From NCBI GenBank assembly GCA_963715985.1, contig CAVQSP010000009.1, positions 64,001 to 128,000 of the forward strand: 64,000 nt of DNA, given 5' to 3'. This document shows, in pieces, positions 32,864-42,533 of this stretch (its first letter is position 1; each line of letters begins with the position of its first letter). This DNA is from an uncultured Thermoleophilia bacterium (GTDB lineage: Bacteria > Actinomycetota > Thermoleophilia > UBA2241). Under the pieces are notes generated by a model. The model did not search any database, was not told where the DNA came from, and saw only the letters and a program-made list of their open reading frames with translations. The position numbers and the translations under genes were made by a program.

Positions 32864-34708
32864 ATGACCACTGCTGCGAAGCCCGTCTCGCGTCTCTCGC
32901 TCGCCGGGGTCGTTCTCGCCCTTGCGTTGCTGGCCGCGCTGGCGCTCGCCGGTCCCGCCCTGGCGTCCGCAAGCCCTGCCGCGGGCGGCGAGAAGACCAT
33001 CCTGCGCGTCGGCTGGGTCCAGGACATCGACAACCTCAACCCGTTCATCGGGATCCAGGGCAACGACTACATGCTCTGGCACATGAACTACGACTTCCTC
33101 GTGGGCTTCGACGCCAAGACCCTGGAGCCGCGGCCCGAGCTGGCCACCGCTTGGGAGATGTCCCCCGACGGCCTGGAGTGGACGTTCACCATCCGCAGCG
33201 ACTCCACGTGGCAGGACGGCGTCCCGGTCACCGCCGAGGACGTGGCCTTCACCTTCAACTACATCGTCGACAACCAGCTGCTGAACCTGGCCACGTACAC
33301 CAACGGCATCACCAAGGCGGAGGTCATCGACGACACCCACGTCAAGATCTTCACGAGCGCGCCCAAGGCCAACATGCTGCGCATGGTCGTGCCGATCCTG
33401 CCCGAGCACATCTGGAGCAAGATCAGCGGCAAGGCGGCGTCGAGCTCGTACCAGAACTCGCCGCCCATCATCGGCAACGGACCCTTCCAGGTGGTCGAGT
33501 GGAAGAAGGGCAAGTACGCGCGCCTCGTGGCCAACCCCGGCTACTGGGGTGGCGACCCCAAGGTGGACGAGGTCATCTTCCAGCTCTACACCAACGCCGA
33601 CACGATGGCCTCGGACCTCAAGCTGGGGACCATCGACGGCGCCCTCGACGTGCCGCCGGCCCAGTTCAAGCCGCTCGGCGCCACCGAGGGCATCACCGCC
33701 AACAACGCCACCAGCTGGCGCTTCGTCGAGATCGGCATGAACTGCTACGACAGCCCGGACTCCATGGGCAACCCCGTACTGCTCGACCCCGAGCTCCGCA
33801 AGGCCGTCAACTGGGCCGTCGATCGGCAGAAGGTGGCCGACGTGGCCTACCAGGGGTACGCGACGATCGGCTCCACGCTCATCGTGCCGTACTCCAAGTA
33901 CCACTGGGAGCCGCCGGCCGAGAGCATGTTCACGTACAACGCCGCGAAAGCCAACGAGCTCCTCGACGCCGCCGGCTACAAGGACGTGGACGGCGACGGG
34001 TTCCGCGAGACCAAGGACGGCAAGCAGCTCAGCCTGCGCTTCTACGCCACCGCGGACTCGCCCGAGAACCAGACCGCCGGCAAGCTCATCACCGGCTGGC
34101 TCAAGGACGTCGGCATCAAGCTGGAGTTCCAGGTCATGGACGCCGGTGCGCTGATCGACGCCCAGTACAACTACAAGGGCGACACGTACGCGCCGGACTA
34201 CGACCTCTTCATCTGGTACTGGACCCAGGACGTGGACCCCAACTTCCAGATGGACATCTACACACCGCAGCAGATCGAGGGCTGGAACGATTGTCTGTGG
34301 ACCGACCCTGAGTACACCAAGCTGAACGCCCAGCAGGGGCAGACCATCGACGAGACGGCGCGCATCCCCATCGTCCAGAAGATGCAGCAGATCTTCTACG
34401 ACGCCGCGCCTTACGCCATCCTCACCTACCCGTACCAGCTCGAGGCCTACAACACGGCCAAGTGGGCCGGCTGGGTGCACGTGCCCGGCGACGCCACCGG
34501 CGGCCAGCAGGGCGCCGTCCTGTACAGCTACAACAACATCGACACGTACCGCTTCGTGGCGCCGGTGGCGACCACCGCCACGACCACGGAGTCGTCGGGA
34601 ACGTCGGACCGGTGGACGTGGATCCTCATCGGCCTCGGCGGCGCGATCGTGGTGCTGGTCCTGTGGTGGCTGCTGCAGCGGCGTATGGGTCGCAAAGAGA
34701 CCGAGTGA
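32864..34708 (+). CDS. Family 5 (peptide/nickel) ABC substrate-binding protein with C-terminal TM anchor
   Basis: Signal peptide; LNPF, PELATAWE.SPDGLEWTF.IR...WQDG.PVTAEDVAFT, IGNGPF; Thr-rich linker, TM and basic tail; AAGGAG RBS. Confidence 0.9.
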   Translation: MTTAAKPVSRLSLAGVVLALALLAALALAGPALASASPAAGGEKTILRVGWVQDIDNLNPFIGIQGNDYMLWHMNYDFLVGFDAKTLEPRPELATAWEMSPDGLEWTFTIRSDSTWQDGVPVTAEDVAFTFNYIVDNQLLNLATYTNGITKAEVIDDTHVKIFTSAPKANMLRMVVPILPEHIWSKISGKAASSSYQNSPPIIGNGPFQVVEWKKGKYARLVANPGYWGGDPKVDEVIFQLYTNADTMASDLKLGTIDGALDVPPAQFKPLGATEGITANNATSWRFVEIGMNCYDSPDSMGNPVLLDPELRKAVNWAVDRQKVADVAYQGYATIGSTLIVPYSKYHWEPPAESMFTYNAAKANELLDAAGYKDVDGDGFRETKDGKQLSLRFYATADSPENQTAGKLITGWLKDVGIKLEFQVMDAGALIDAQYNYKGDTYAPDYDLFIWYWTQDVDPNFQMDIYTPQQIEGWNDCLWTDPEYTKLNAQQGQTIDETARIPIVQKMQQIFYDAAPYAILTYPYQLEAYNTAKWAGWVHVPGDATGGQQGAVLYSYNNIDTYRFVAPVATTATTTESSGTSDRWTWILIGLGGAIVVLVLWWLLQRRMGRKETE

Positions 34709-34741
34709 GCCGGCGGCCGGCCTGCGCGGTGGACCCGGGCG

Positions 34742-35650
34742 TCAGCTCTGTCCATCGAGCGTGAGCAGCGGCCGGTACAGCTCAGGGCGCCGATCGCGGA
34801 AGAAGGCCCACTCCTCGCGCCGCCGGCGCAGGGCGTCCAGATCGACCGTCGCCGTGATCACCTCTTCGCGATCCCGCGAGGCCTCGGCGAGCAGGGCACC
34901 GTCGGGCCCGGCGATGAACGACGAGCCGTAGAAACGGATGCCGATCTCGTCGCCGGCCTCGCCGGCCTCGCCGGGTGCCTGGGTCGGCGCCGTCTCCAGC
35001 CCGATGCGGTTGGCCGCCACGACGGGGATCGAGTTGGCCACCGCGTGACCCCGCTGCGCCAGCTGCCACGCCTCTCGCGAGTCGCTCGCGGGCAGGGGCG
35101 GGTCGCTGCCTATCGCCGTGGGGTACAGCACCACCTCCGCGCCCATCAGTGCCATGCAGCGGGCGCTCTCCGGGAACCACTGGTCCCAGCAGATGCCCAC
35201 CCCCACCCGCCCGTGGCGCGTGCCCCAGACGCGGAAGCCCGTGTCGCCGGGTGAGAAGTAGAACTTCTCCTGATAGCCGACGGCGTCGGGGATGTGGCTC
35301 TTGCGGTAGACGCCGAGCACGGAGCCGTCGGCGTCGATCACGGCCACCGAGTTGAAGAACGCCTGGCCGGCGCGCTCGAAGAAGCTCACAGGCACGACGA
35401 CGCCGAGCTCGGCGGCCAGGCGGCGGAAGCGCGCGATCGCAGGGTCGTCCTTCGGCGGTCGCGCCAGGTCGATGTGCCGCGGGTCCTGCGTGATGCAGAA
35501 GTACGGAGTCTGAAAGAGCTCCTGCAGCAGGACGATCTGCGCGCCTCGCCCAGCGGCTTCCCTCACCAGCCGCTCGGCCGTTTCCAGGTTCGCCTCGATG
35601 TCCCAGCTGCAGGCGAACTGCGCCGCCGCCAGCGTCACGTCACGCGTCAC
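34742..35650 (-). CDS. aguB: N-carbamoylputrescine amidase (nitrilase family)
   Basis: LLQELFQTPYFC, YRKSHIPD..GYQEKFYFSPGDTGF, ICWDQWFPESAR, YPTAIGS. Confidence 0.9.
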   Translation of the reverse strand: MTRDVTLAAAQFACSWDIEANLETAERLVREAAGRGAQIVLLQELFQTPYFCITQDPRHIDLARPPKDDPAIARFRRLAAELGVVVPVSFFERAGQAFFNSVAVIDADGSVLGVYRKSHIPDAVGYQEKFYFSPGDTGFRVWGTRHGRVGVGICWDQWFPESARCMALMGAEVVLYPTAIGSDPPLPASDSREAWQLAQRGHAVANSIPVVAANRIGLETAPTQAPGEAGEAGDEIGIRFYGSSFIAGPDGALLAEASRDREEVITATVDLDALRRRREEWAFFRDRRPELYRPLLTLDGQS

Positions 35651-35713
35651 GATCGACCCTCCTCGGTTCGGGCCTGTGGCGCACCACGACGCCGGCGGCG
35701 CGCCCAGGGGCCA

Positions 35714-36749
35714 TCATACGCGCAGCAGCGCCCGGGCGATGGGCTGCAGCTCGGGATCGGCCGGCAGCTCGTCGATGCCGATCAGGGCGAGCAGCAGCGC
35801 CTTCTGGAAGTGCTTGCGGTTCTCGGCCTCGTCGAGGACGATCGAGAACGGCGCGTCGAGGATGGCGTCGGTCATCTCCTCGCCGCGGATGGCCGGCAGG
35901 CAGTGCATGAACTTCGCCCCGGGCTTGGCGTGCGCCCACAGCTCTTCGTTCACCTGGTAGGGCCCGAGGATGCGGCGTAGCTCGTTCTTCTCGTCCTCGG
36001 GCTGCATCCACCACCAGCCCACGGTGAAGACGACGTCGGCCTGCGAGACGGCCGCTACGGCGTCGTCGGTGAGGGTGAGGGAGGCGCCGGACTGCGCGCA
36101 GTTGGCGCGCGCGAGCGCCTCCACCTGCGGAGTCATCTGCTCCTCCGGGGGGCCGGCCATGATCATGCTGCTGCCGAGCCGCGTCATGGTGAGCGCCACC
36201 GATGTGCCCATCGCATCGGCGCACTTGCCGATGAACGCGCACGTGAGGCCCTCTACGGTCCCGAAGTGCTCGAGGATCGTCATCGCGTCGGTCATCGTCT
36301 GCACGGGGTGGTCGTAGTCGTCGGTCAGGCCGTTGATGACCGGCACTGTGGCGTGCTCGACGAGCTCCGCAAGCGTGGTGTGGTAGGCGGTGCGCGCCAT
36401 GATGCGTCGACGAGGCGGCTGATGACGCGAGCTGTGTCGGCGACTGTCTCGTGGCCGCCGAGGTGGATCTCGCCGGGGCGCAGGTACTGGGCGTGGCCGC
36501 CGAGCTCGGTCATGCCGGCCTCGAAGCTGATGCGCGTACGCGTCGAGGGGTGCTCGAAGATCATCGCCAGAGTACGGCCCTCGAGGAAGGGCGTCAGCGG
36601 CCGGCGGCGGTACAGCGCCTTGAGGGCGACGGCCAGGTCGAGCAGGCCGAGCAGCTCCTCCTGCGAGTAGTCCTGGTCGGTGAAGAAGTGACGGCCGCGC
36701 AGGGGGGCGAAGCCGGGCAGCGCGGCGGGGTCGGACGGGTCGTACTCAT
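35714..36749 (-). CDS. Ornithine/putrescine carbamoyltransferase-family enzyme (frameshifts near 36740 and 36405)
   Basis: AAGGAGG RBS; FEHPSTRTRISFE, LGGHETVADTARV, HPVQ, FMHCLPA.RGEE, EAENR. Confidence 0.85.
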
Positions 36750-36809
36750 GTCGATCGTGCCTCCTTGAGACGAGCCGGCCGCGGATGGCGCAGGCCGGAC
36801 AGACGACCG

Positions 36810-36844
36810 TGAAACTAAATGAACGTTTAATCCCGGTGTGTCAA
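36810..36844 (-). promoter_or_regulatory. Putative promoter/operator upstream of the carbamoyltransferase
   Basis: TTGACA on minus strand (36839-36844) and AT-rich near-palindrome TAAATGAACGTTTA; -10 spacing is not ideal. Confidence 0.45.
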
Positions 36845-36902
36845 GCCCGCTGCGTCATTTCCGCGCGTGTGTGTCGCCGGGGCACACTGTGTCGGAGGCG
36901 AC

Positions 36903-36947
36903 TGGCGCCATTGGTGATGCCATGTATGGCGCCATTGGTGATGCCAT
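36903..36947. repeat. Perfect 21-bp direct repeat x2 (TGGCGCCATTGGTGATGCCAT)
   Basis: Copies at 36903-36923 and 36927-36947 with a GTA spacer. Confidence 0.85.
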
Positions 36948-36979
36948 TCGCGCGACGCCATGACGCCGCCGGAGGACGC

Positions 36980-37596
36980 CGTCAGCCGGGCGGCAGCAGT
37001 GAGGTAGGCGCCGATCACGTCGCGCCACATCCGCCAGGCGCGCTCGTGGTCGAAGCCGTCAGGGTCGAGGGCGCGCTGGATGCCGAGACCCTCGACCACG
37101 GCGATGCTCACCGCCGCCAGAGCCTCGAGCTCCACCTCGCTCAGCTCGCGGGGCGCGCCGCCGAGGCAGTCGCCGTCCACCTCCCGGTAGACGCGGTACT
37201 CCTCGGCGAAGCGCGCGCGCACCTCCGGATCGCGCAAGCGCGTGGGGCAGCAGCTCGTACAGCATTCGGTTGGTGCGGTCGTTCTGCGAGACGCGCCGCT
37301 GCCAGTCGAGAAAGGCGCTCGGCGCGGTCGGCGCCGTCACGGGTCGAGCGGATCTCCTCGACGTAGCCGACGTCCGGGTTCAGGAAGAGCGTCTCGACCA
37401 GCGTCGCCAGCAGGCCCGCCTTGCCGCCGAAGTAGTAGGAGACGAGCGCGCGGTTGGCGCCGGAGACCTGCGCGATGGCGGTCATCGTCAGCTCCGAGTA
37501 ACCACGCTCGGCGAGGATGTCCTGCGCCGCCGCCAGAATGCGCTTCGCGGTCGGCGGCAGGTCGGCGAGATCGCGGTCTGCAGGCTCGGACGTCAC
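36980..37596 (-). CDS. TetR/AcrR-family regulator (frameshift near 37330; end approximate)
   Basis: RILAAAQDILAERGYSELTMTAIAQVSGANRALVSYYFGGKAGLL; C-terminal EGLGIQRALDP. Confidence 0.8.
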
Positions 37597-37644
37597 GCCT
37601 TCACGCTATCACGCGCTCGCCTCCGCACGCCGCACGCGGACCGG

Positions 37645-38376
37645 TCAAACCACCACGGGGCAGAAGAGCCCATGACGCGACGGGTAGCTCATGATCGTCG
37701 TCACTTCGAGCAACTCCGCCAGCAGCGCCGGCGGAACGCGCAGCGCCCGGTCGATGTCGACGACGAGAAGCTCCGTGTGGGTCGCCGCACCCCGGGCGCG
37801 GACCAGCACCAGCCCGCCGGACTCGGTGATCGTCGCGCCGTCCGCCTCGGCCTCCTCGCGCTTCACCGCGAGGTAGTCGTCAGAGACGACCGGCGAAAGC
37901 GCGGCGGCCCAGCGCGCCAGCGCCGCCGCGAGGGTGATCGTCTCCCGTCCGTGTTCGAGCCGGAAGCCCACTTCGCGCCAGTACTCCGCCAGCGCGTCCT
38001 CGTACAGGCAGAGCACCACCGTCTCGGCGCGGTGTCGCTCCAGCACCTCGTCGAGGAACGCCTCGCGCAGGCGGTAGCCCTGCCCGCGAAAGGCGGGGTG
38101 CACGTAGTGACTCTGGAGCAGGAGCGCGCGGAGCGGAGCGGCCTCGGCCGCGCGCCCTCCGCGCCCGAACGCCAGCGGCTCGAAGGCGACGCTCGCGGCG
38201 ACCGTCTCCCCGACCTTCCAGCCGTAGTACCAGCCGGAGCGCGACGACGTGGCCACCCAGGCGCGGGCGCCGGCGGGCGTCAGCCCGAAGCACGCGCTCA
38301 GCTGCTCCTCGATCTGCTCGCGCTCCCCCGGCGTGAGCGTCAGCGGCTCGTAGCCGCCAAGCGCTGAGCCGCTCAC
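37645..38376 (-). CDS. GNAT-like acetyltransferase
   Basis: YVHPAFRGQGY motif A; 'EYWREVGF' motif B. Confidence 0.65.
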   Translation of the reverse strand: MSGSALGGYEPLTLTPGEREQIEEQLSACFGLTPAGARAWVATSSRSGWYYGWKVGETVAASVAFEPLAFGRGGRAAEAAPLRALLLQSHYVHPAFRGQGYRLREAFLDEVLERHRAETVVLCLYEDALAEYWREVGFRLEHGRETITLAAALARWAAALSPVVSDDYLAVKREEAEADGATITESGGLVLVRARGAATHTELLVVDIDRALRVPPALLAELLEVTTIMSYPSRHGLFCPVVV

Positions 38377-39378
38377 GGCGCGCCGGATGGTCCGGATGGT
38401 CCGGATCGTCCGGCCGCGCCGGCCGGCCCCTCCTCCGCCTCGATCTCCTCCACCACGCCCTTGCTCGACGGGAGCAATTCCACGATGAACACGCCGGTGA
38501 GCATCAGCGAACCTCCGACCAGCAGCCGCCAGGTGACCGAGTCCATGCCCGACGATGATTCCGGCGAGCGCGGCGAACACGCTCTCGAAGCCCAGCAGGA
38601 TGGCGGCGTGCGTCGAGGTCGTGTACCGCTGCGCCCAGCTCTGGATGAAGAACGCGTAGATGGTGCCGCTGATGCGCCGTCCACACCACCGCCGCCCACA
38701 CCTGCCAGGGGAGGTCGACGGTGATCTGGACGAAGAACGGTGCGAGCACGAGCATGGCCGCCGTGGAGACGATCATCTGCGTGGCCGCCAGGGTGGAGGG
38801 TTGCATCCTCGGGGCGAAGAACCCGGTCCCATGATGTGGAGCGCGTACAGCAGCGCCCCGAGCAGCGTGAGGGCGTCGCCCCAGCGGATGGAGAAGTCGC
38901 CCTGCAGGGAGAGCGCCGCGAGACCCACGGTGGCGACCACGGCGCCGATGATCTGCCAGCGCCCGGGCGAGCGGCGCGCCACCGCCCAGTAGAGAAACGG
39001 CACCATGGCCACGCTGAGCGCGGTGATGAACCCGGAGACGCCCGGCGACGTGCGCTGCAGGGCGATGGTCTGCACGATGAGCGCGCTCAGGTAGAAGAAC
39101 GCGAGGAGCGCGCCCATCCCCCAGTCGGTGCGGCGGGCGGTGAGCCAGCTCTTCGGCCTCGCCGCCGCGAAGATGGCGGTGGCCACGACGTACCGCCAGA
39201 GCAGGTACAGCATGGTGCCGGCCACGATGCTGCCGCCGGCGAGGGCGCTGGTGCGCTCGACGGCGTCCTTGATGAAGACGAAGTTGCTGCCCCAGAAGAT
39301 GGCGACGCTGAAGAGCAGCACGTCCGCCACGAGCGCCCTGCGGCGCGAAGCGTACATGGTACCGGGAGGCGTCGCCAT
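38373..39378 (-). CDS. EamA/DMT family transporter (several frameshifts)
   Basis: FWGSNFVFIK, QT.ALQRTSPG.SGFITAL, GDALTLLGALLYALHI; IQSWAQRYT...ESVFAA in other frames. Confidence 0.8.
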
Positions 39379-39422
39379 CGCCGCAATCCTACCGGAAGCG
39401 CGAGGCGCGGATGGGGCGGCCG

Positions 39423-40292
39423 TCAGTCCTTGAAGTCCGGCAGGTGCCAGTCGCGCGCGACCGCCTCCAGCACGACCTTGGCCACCTTGAGGCCGCCGTC
39501 CACCGAGAGGTGCACCCCGTCCTTCTGGCGCAGCGATGGCTGGTACGTCGTCTTCGGCGCGTCCACGGCCGTCCAGGCGTCGATGTACTCGACCATGGGC
39601 GCCCGCTTCTCGGCCTCGGCCTGGAAGATCTCGTTGACAAGCGCCATGCGCTTGTTGAACCAGCCGATGCCCATGCGCGGCATGCCGACCCAGTAGACCC
39701 TCTTCACGCCCCGCTTGAGGTACAGGTCCATCACCTCGCCCACGCGCTCGGCGTACATGGCCTTCCACGGGCCGCTGCCGAACGCGAGCTGCTTGCCGTC
39801 GACCTTGACGTCCTGGCCGTCGTTGGCGCCGATCATCAGCGCCACCGCCTCGAAGGGTTGCTTGCGCTTGTCGACGTCCTGCTTCAGGTACGCTGGCCAG
39901 TCGAAGAAATCGGGCCTGGCCAGACCGCTCGCCACCTTGACGAAACGGTGGATCTTGATGTCCTTGCGCTCCTCGGTGAGGAGCTTGAGACCGAGGAGCG
40001 CACCGCCGCCCACGGACTCGCCGTAGGCCGCCATGCGCAGCGGCTGTGCGGCCGACGGCGTGCGCAGGGCGGCGGGGACCGGCGAGGGTGTGGCGGCCGC
40101 GGTGCCGGTGGGCGTGCCGCCGCAGGCGCGCGCGCCCAGCGCTACGACCGCCACGAGCACGACGAGGACCGCGAGGAGGACGGCCAGCAGCGTGAGGCGC
40201 CGGCGACGGAGCGCCCGGCGGCGCTCGGCGCGGGCGGCCGCTCGCTCATCGCTGAAGCGCGGTGCGGAGTCCTGCACAGGCGGCTCTTCCAC
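39423..40292 (-). CDS. Membrane-anchored SGNH/GDSL hydrolase (DUF459-like)
   Basis: TM segment; GES, SGLARPDFFDW, IGAND, VYWVGMP, DGVHLS. Confidence 0.8.
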   Translation of the reverse strand: MEEPPVQDSAPRFSDERAAARAERRRALRRRRLTLLAVLLAVLVVLVAVVALGARACGGTPTGTAAATPSPVPAALRTPSAAQPLRMAAYGESVGGGALLGLKLLTEERKDIKIHRFVKVASGLARPDFFDWPAYLKQDVDKRKQPFEAVALMIGANDGQDVKVDGKQLAFGSGPWKAMYAERVGEVMDLYLKRGVKRVYWVGMPRMGIGWFNKRMALVNEIFQAEAEKRAPMVEYIDAWTAVDAPKTTYQPSLRQKDGVHLSVDGGLKVAKVVLEAVARDWHLPDFKD

Positions 40293-40298
40293 GTCGCC

Positions 40299-41669
40299 TC
40301 AGCGTCGCGGTGGCAGCTGCCCGCGGATCCGCGCGGCCGCCAGCTCGGCCGCCTCGGCGCAGGTCTCCACGTAGCGTGTGCCCAGATAGTCGCCGGCGAG
40401 GTGGACGCGGCCGAGCGGCCGCGTGAGCGCAGGCTGCAGGCGGCCGCGGCCCACGTGGGCGAAGGGGATGCCGCGCGGCCAGCGGTGGACCACGAGGTCG
40501 AGGATGCTGTGCTCGATACCGGGGAAGACGGCGCACAGGTCGTCGCGGTACCGCGCCGCGATGGTCTCGTCGTCCTCGCGCAGCAGCCGCGCCCCCGCGG
40601 ACGCGGCGGTGTAGACCATCACGCTGCCGTGCCGCGGACGGGGCAGTGACGGATGCTCCTGTACGTTGCCGATGTTGTAGGCCATGCTGAAACTGCGGCC
40701 CGGCGTGGCGACGGCGTACACGCCGTCCCAGGGCAGGCGGGCGCTGCGCTCCACCAGGAAGGCTCCGACGGCGTAGGAGCCGTAGTGGACGGCGCGGAGG
40801 GCCTCCTCCGTCTCGGCCGGAAGGCCCCGCACGATGTCGGCCGCCACCGGAGCCGGCACCGCCACGACCGCAGCTGCGGCCGTGACCGTGCGCTCCTCCC
40901 CGCCCCGCTGCACCACGACCCTAACTCCGCCCCCGTCCTGTTCCACACTGGTGACCACCGACCCCGTCTCGATGCGCGGCACCATGCCGGCGAGGCGCTC
41001 GATGATGGTAGACGGTCCGCCGACGATGCCGCGCGAGAGGCCGGAGGACCGGTCCCACACGAGGTGGAAGTAGCCGATCCCGTACCCGGCCGCGAGCTCT
41101 TCGGGGTCGCCGCTGGAGCGCGTCAGGGTGCAGCGGAACATCGCGTCCACGTCGTCCGGAAGCCGCCCCATGTGGTCGCTGAACGAGACGTCGTCCATGA
41201 ACTCGAGGATACGAGCCTGCCGCTGCGCCGGGGTCTCCCCCGGGCGCTGCTCTGCGGCGCGCCCGTAGCGCAGCACGTCGTACCGCAGCCGCAGCCCGGC
41301 GCGGACGAGAGCGAGTCGCGAGCGCCCAGACAGCTGCAAGCGGAACGGATACGTCTCGACGGCGCTCGTGACCACGCGACCGCCATAGGCGAGCGCCGCG
41401 AGCTGCCCCGGCAACGGGAGCGCGGTGACGTCCAGGCCGCGGAGCAGGCGGTCCGTCGCGGTGCCGTCGCCGCCGTACACGTGGGCCCCGAAGTTGAGCC
41501 ACGTGTCCTCGCGGCGGAACGAGCGGATGCGCCCGCCCAGCCGGTCCGACTCCTCGAGCACCAGCACGTCGCGGTCGCGCAGGTGCCAGGCTGCGGCGAG
41601 ACCGGAGACCCCGGCCCCGACGACGACCACGTCGTGGTGCTCAGCGCCGCCTCTGGCACCTGCGGTCAT
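40299..41669 (-). CDS. FAD-dependent oxidoreductase (flavin amine oxidase/HemY-like)
   Basis: VVGAGVSGLAAA, LEESDRLGGRI, GAHV, HLAGDY; AGGAGG RBS. Confidence 0.85.
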   Translation of the reverse strand: MTAGARGGAEHHDVVVVGAGVSGLAAAWHLRDRDVLVLEESDRLGGRIRSFRREDTWLNFGAHVYGGDGTATDRLLRGLDVTALPLPGQLAALAYGGRVVTSAVETYPFRLQLSGRSRLALVRAGLRLRYDVLRYGRAAEQRPGETPAQRQARILEFMDDVSFSDHMGRLPDDVDAMFRCTLTRSSGDPEELAAGYGIGYFHLVWDRSSGLSRGIVGGPSTIIERLAGMVPRIETGSVVTSVEQDGGGVRVVVQRGGEERTVTAAAAVVAVPAPVAADIVRGLPAETEEALRAVHYGSYAVGAFLVERSARLPWDGVYAVATPGRSFSMAYNIGNVQEHPSLPRPRHGSVMVYTAASAGARLLREDDETIAARYRDDLCAVFPGIEHSILDLVVHRWPRGIPFAHVGRGRLQPALTRPLGRVHLAGDYLGTRYVETCAEAAELAAARIRGQLPPRR

Positions 41670-41971
41670 CGCGCACCTCCTGGTCTCTCAGCGGTCCGGG
41701 TGAAGACACGAGCGCGGCGATCTCACGCCGCTGCACCCGCACATCGTAGGCCGAATCGGGCCAAGCCGCCCACAGTGCGCGCCTTTCGCCGGTGTTCGAC
41801 GCCGCGACGTTTGGGCGGGCCACCATCCTGCGGACAACTGAAGTAGAGGCCGCGAACGGACGCGGACTCGCAGACGCGCACAGGTGCCGGCACCCGGGGA
41901 GGTGGTGACTGGCGCGGCGGCAGAACACGCGGGGTCCCGACCGAGGAGGTCGGCTCGAGGAAGGAGGACAC

Positions 41972-42172
41972 ATGTACTCCGTAGCGTGCAAGCAGATCGG
42001 GTTCGCCGACTGCGGTTTCGTCGCCGTCGGCAAGCACCGGCGCACCGCAATCGACATGCTCCTCGCGCACGCCCGCGACGAGCACCCTGAGCTCATCCAG
42101 GGCATCACCGAGGAGCGGCACGAAGAGATCGTGCAGCTGATCGAGAGTCACATCGCGCAGACGGCCGCCTGA
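41972..42172 (+). CDS. DUF1059-like small metal-binding protein
   Basis: C...G..DCGF....HA...H pattern; AAGGAGG RBS. Confidence 0.75.
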   Translation: MYSVACKQIGFADCGFVAVGKHRRTAIDMLLAHARDEHPELIQGITEERHEEIVQLIESHIAQTAA

Positions 42173-42193
42173 ACGAGGCGGGCGCAGGCGGCT

Positions 42194-42237
42194 ACGGCGA
42201 GGGGGCGGGCGCTCGCGAGCGCCCGCCCCCTCGCCGT
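42194..42237. terminator. Perfect 44-bp palindrome between convergent genes (likely bidirectional terminator)
   Basis: ACGGCGAGGGGGCGGGCGCTCG followed by its exact reverse complement CGAGCGCCCGCCCCCTCGCCGT; no U-tract. Confidence 0.7.
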
Positions 42238-42247
42238 CCTCACGCCC

Positions 42248-42529
42248 TCACACCTCGTCGAGGAAGAACCCCTCCGCCTCCTCCGCCTCCCACTCCTCGA
42301 ACGGGTCGTCCGCCACGGCGGCGCGCATGGCCTCAACACCGGTGCGCCACGACGCCTCGTCCTCCCAGCGCGCCATGCCGATGAGGCGGCCGCTGCGGCG
42401 GTCGCGCAGCACCTTGGCGTCGATGAACCCCGGCGCAGCCTCAGCTGCCGCGCCGAAGCGGTGCATGGAGGCGATGAGGTCGTCCTCTTTGCCGGGTCGC
42501 GGCGTATGGATCGACAGATGGATGATCAC
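42248..42529 (-). CDS. Antibiotic biosynthesis monooxygenase (ABM) family protein
   Basis: H.PRPGKE...APGF...RWED..SW pattern; 93 aa. Confidence 0.75.
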   Translation of the reverse strand: MIIHLSIHTPRPGKEDDLIASMHRFGAAAEAAPGFIDAKVLRDRRSGRLIGMARWEDEASWRTGVEAMRAAVADDPFEEWEAEEAEGFFLDEV

Positions 42530-42533
42530 GTCG

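Noticed and set aside
36903-36947. CRISPR array
   Set aside because: Only two repeats with a 3-bp spacer and no cas genes
38383-38413. 9-bp tandem repeat CCGGATGGT x3 (third copy imperfect)
   Set aside because: Short low-complexity coding tail (GPS repeats) of the DMT gene; no evident function
41670-41971. Possible riboswitch in the 300-bp intergenic region
   Set aside because: Only generic GC hairpins; no conserved motif recognised (an Rfam cmscan would settle it)
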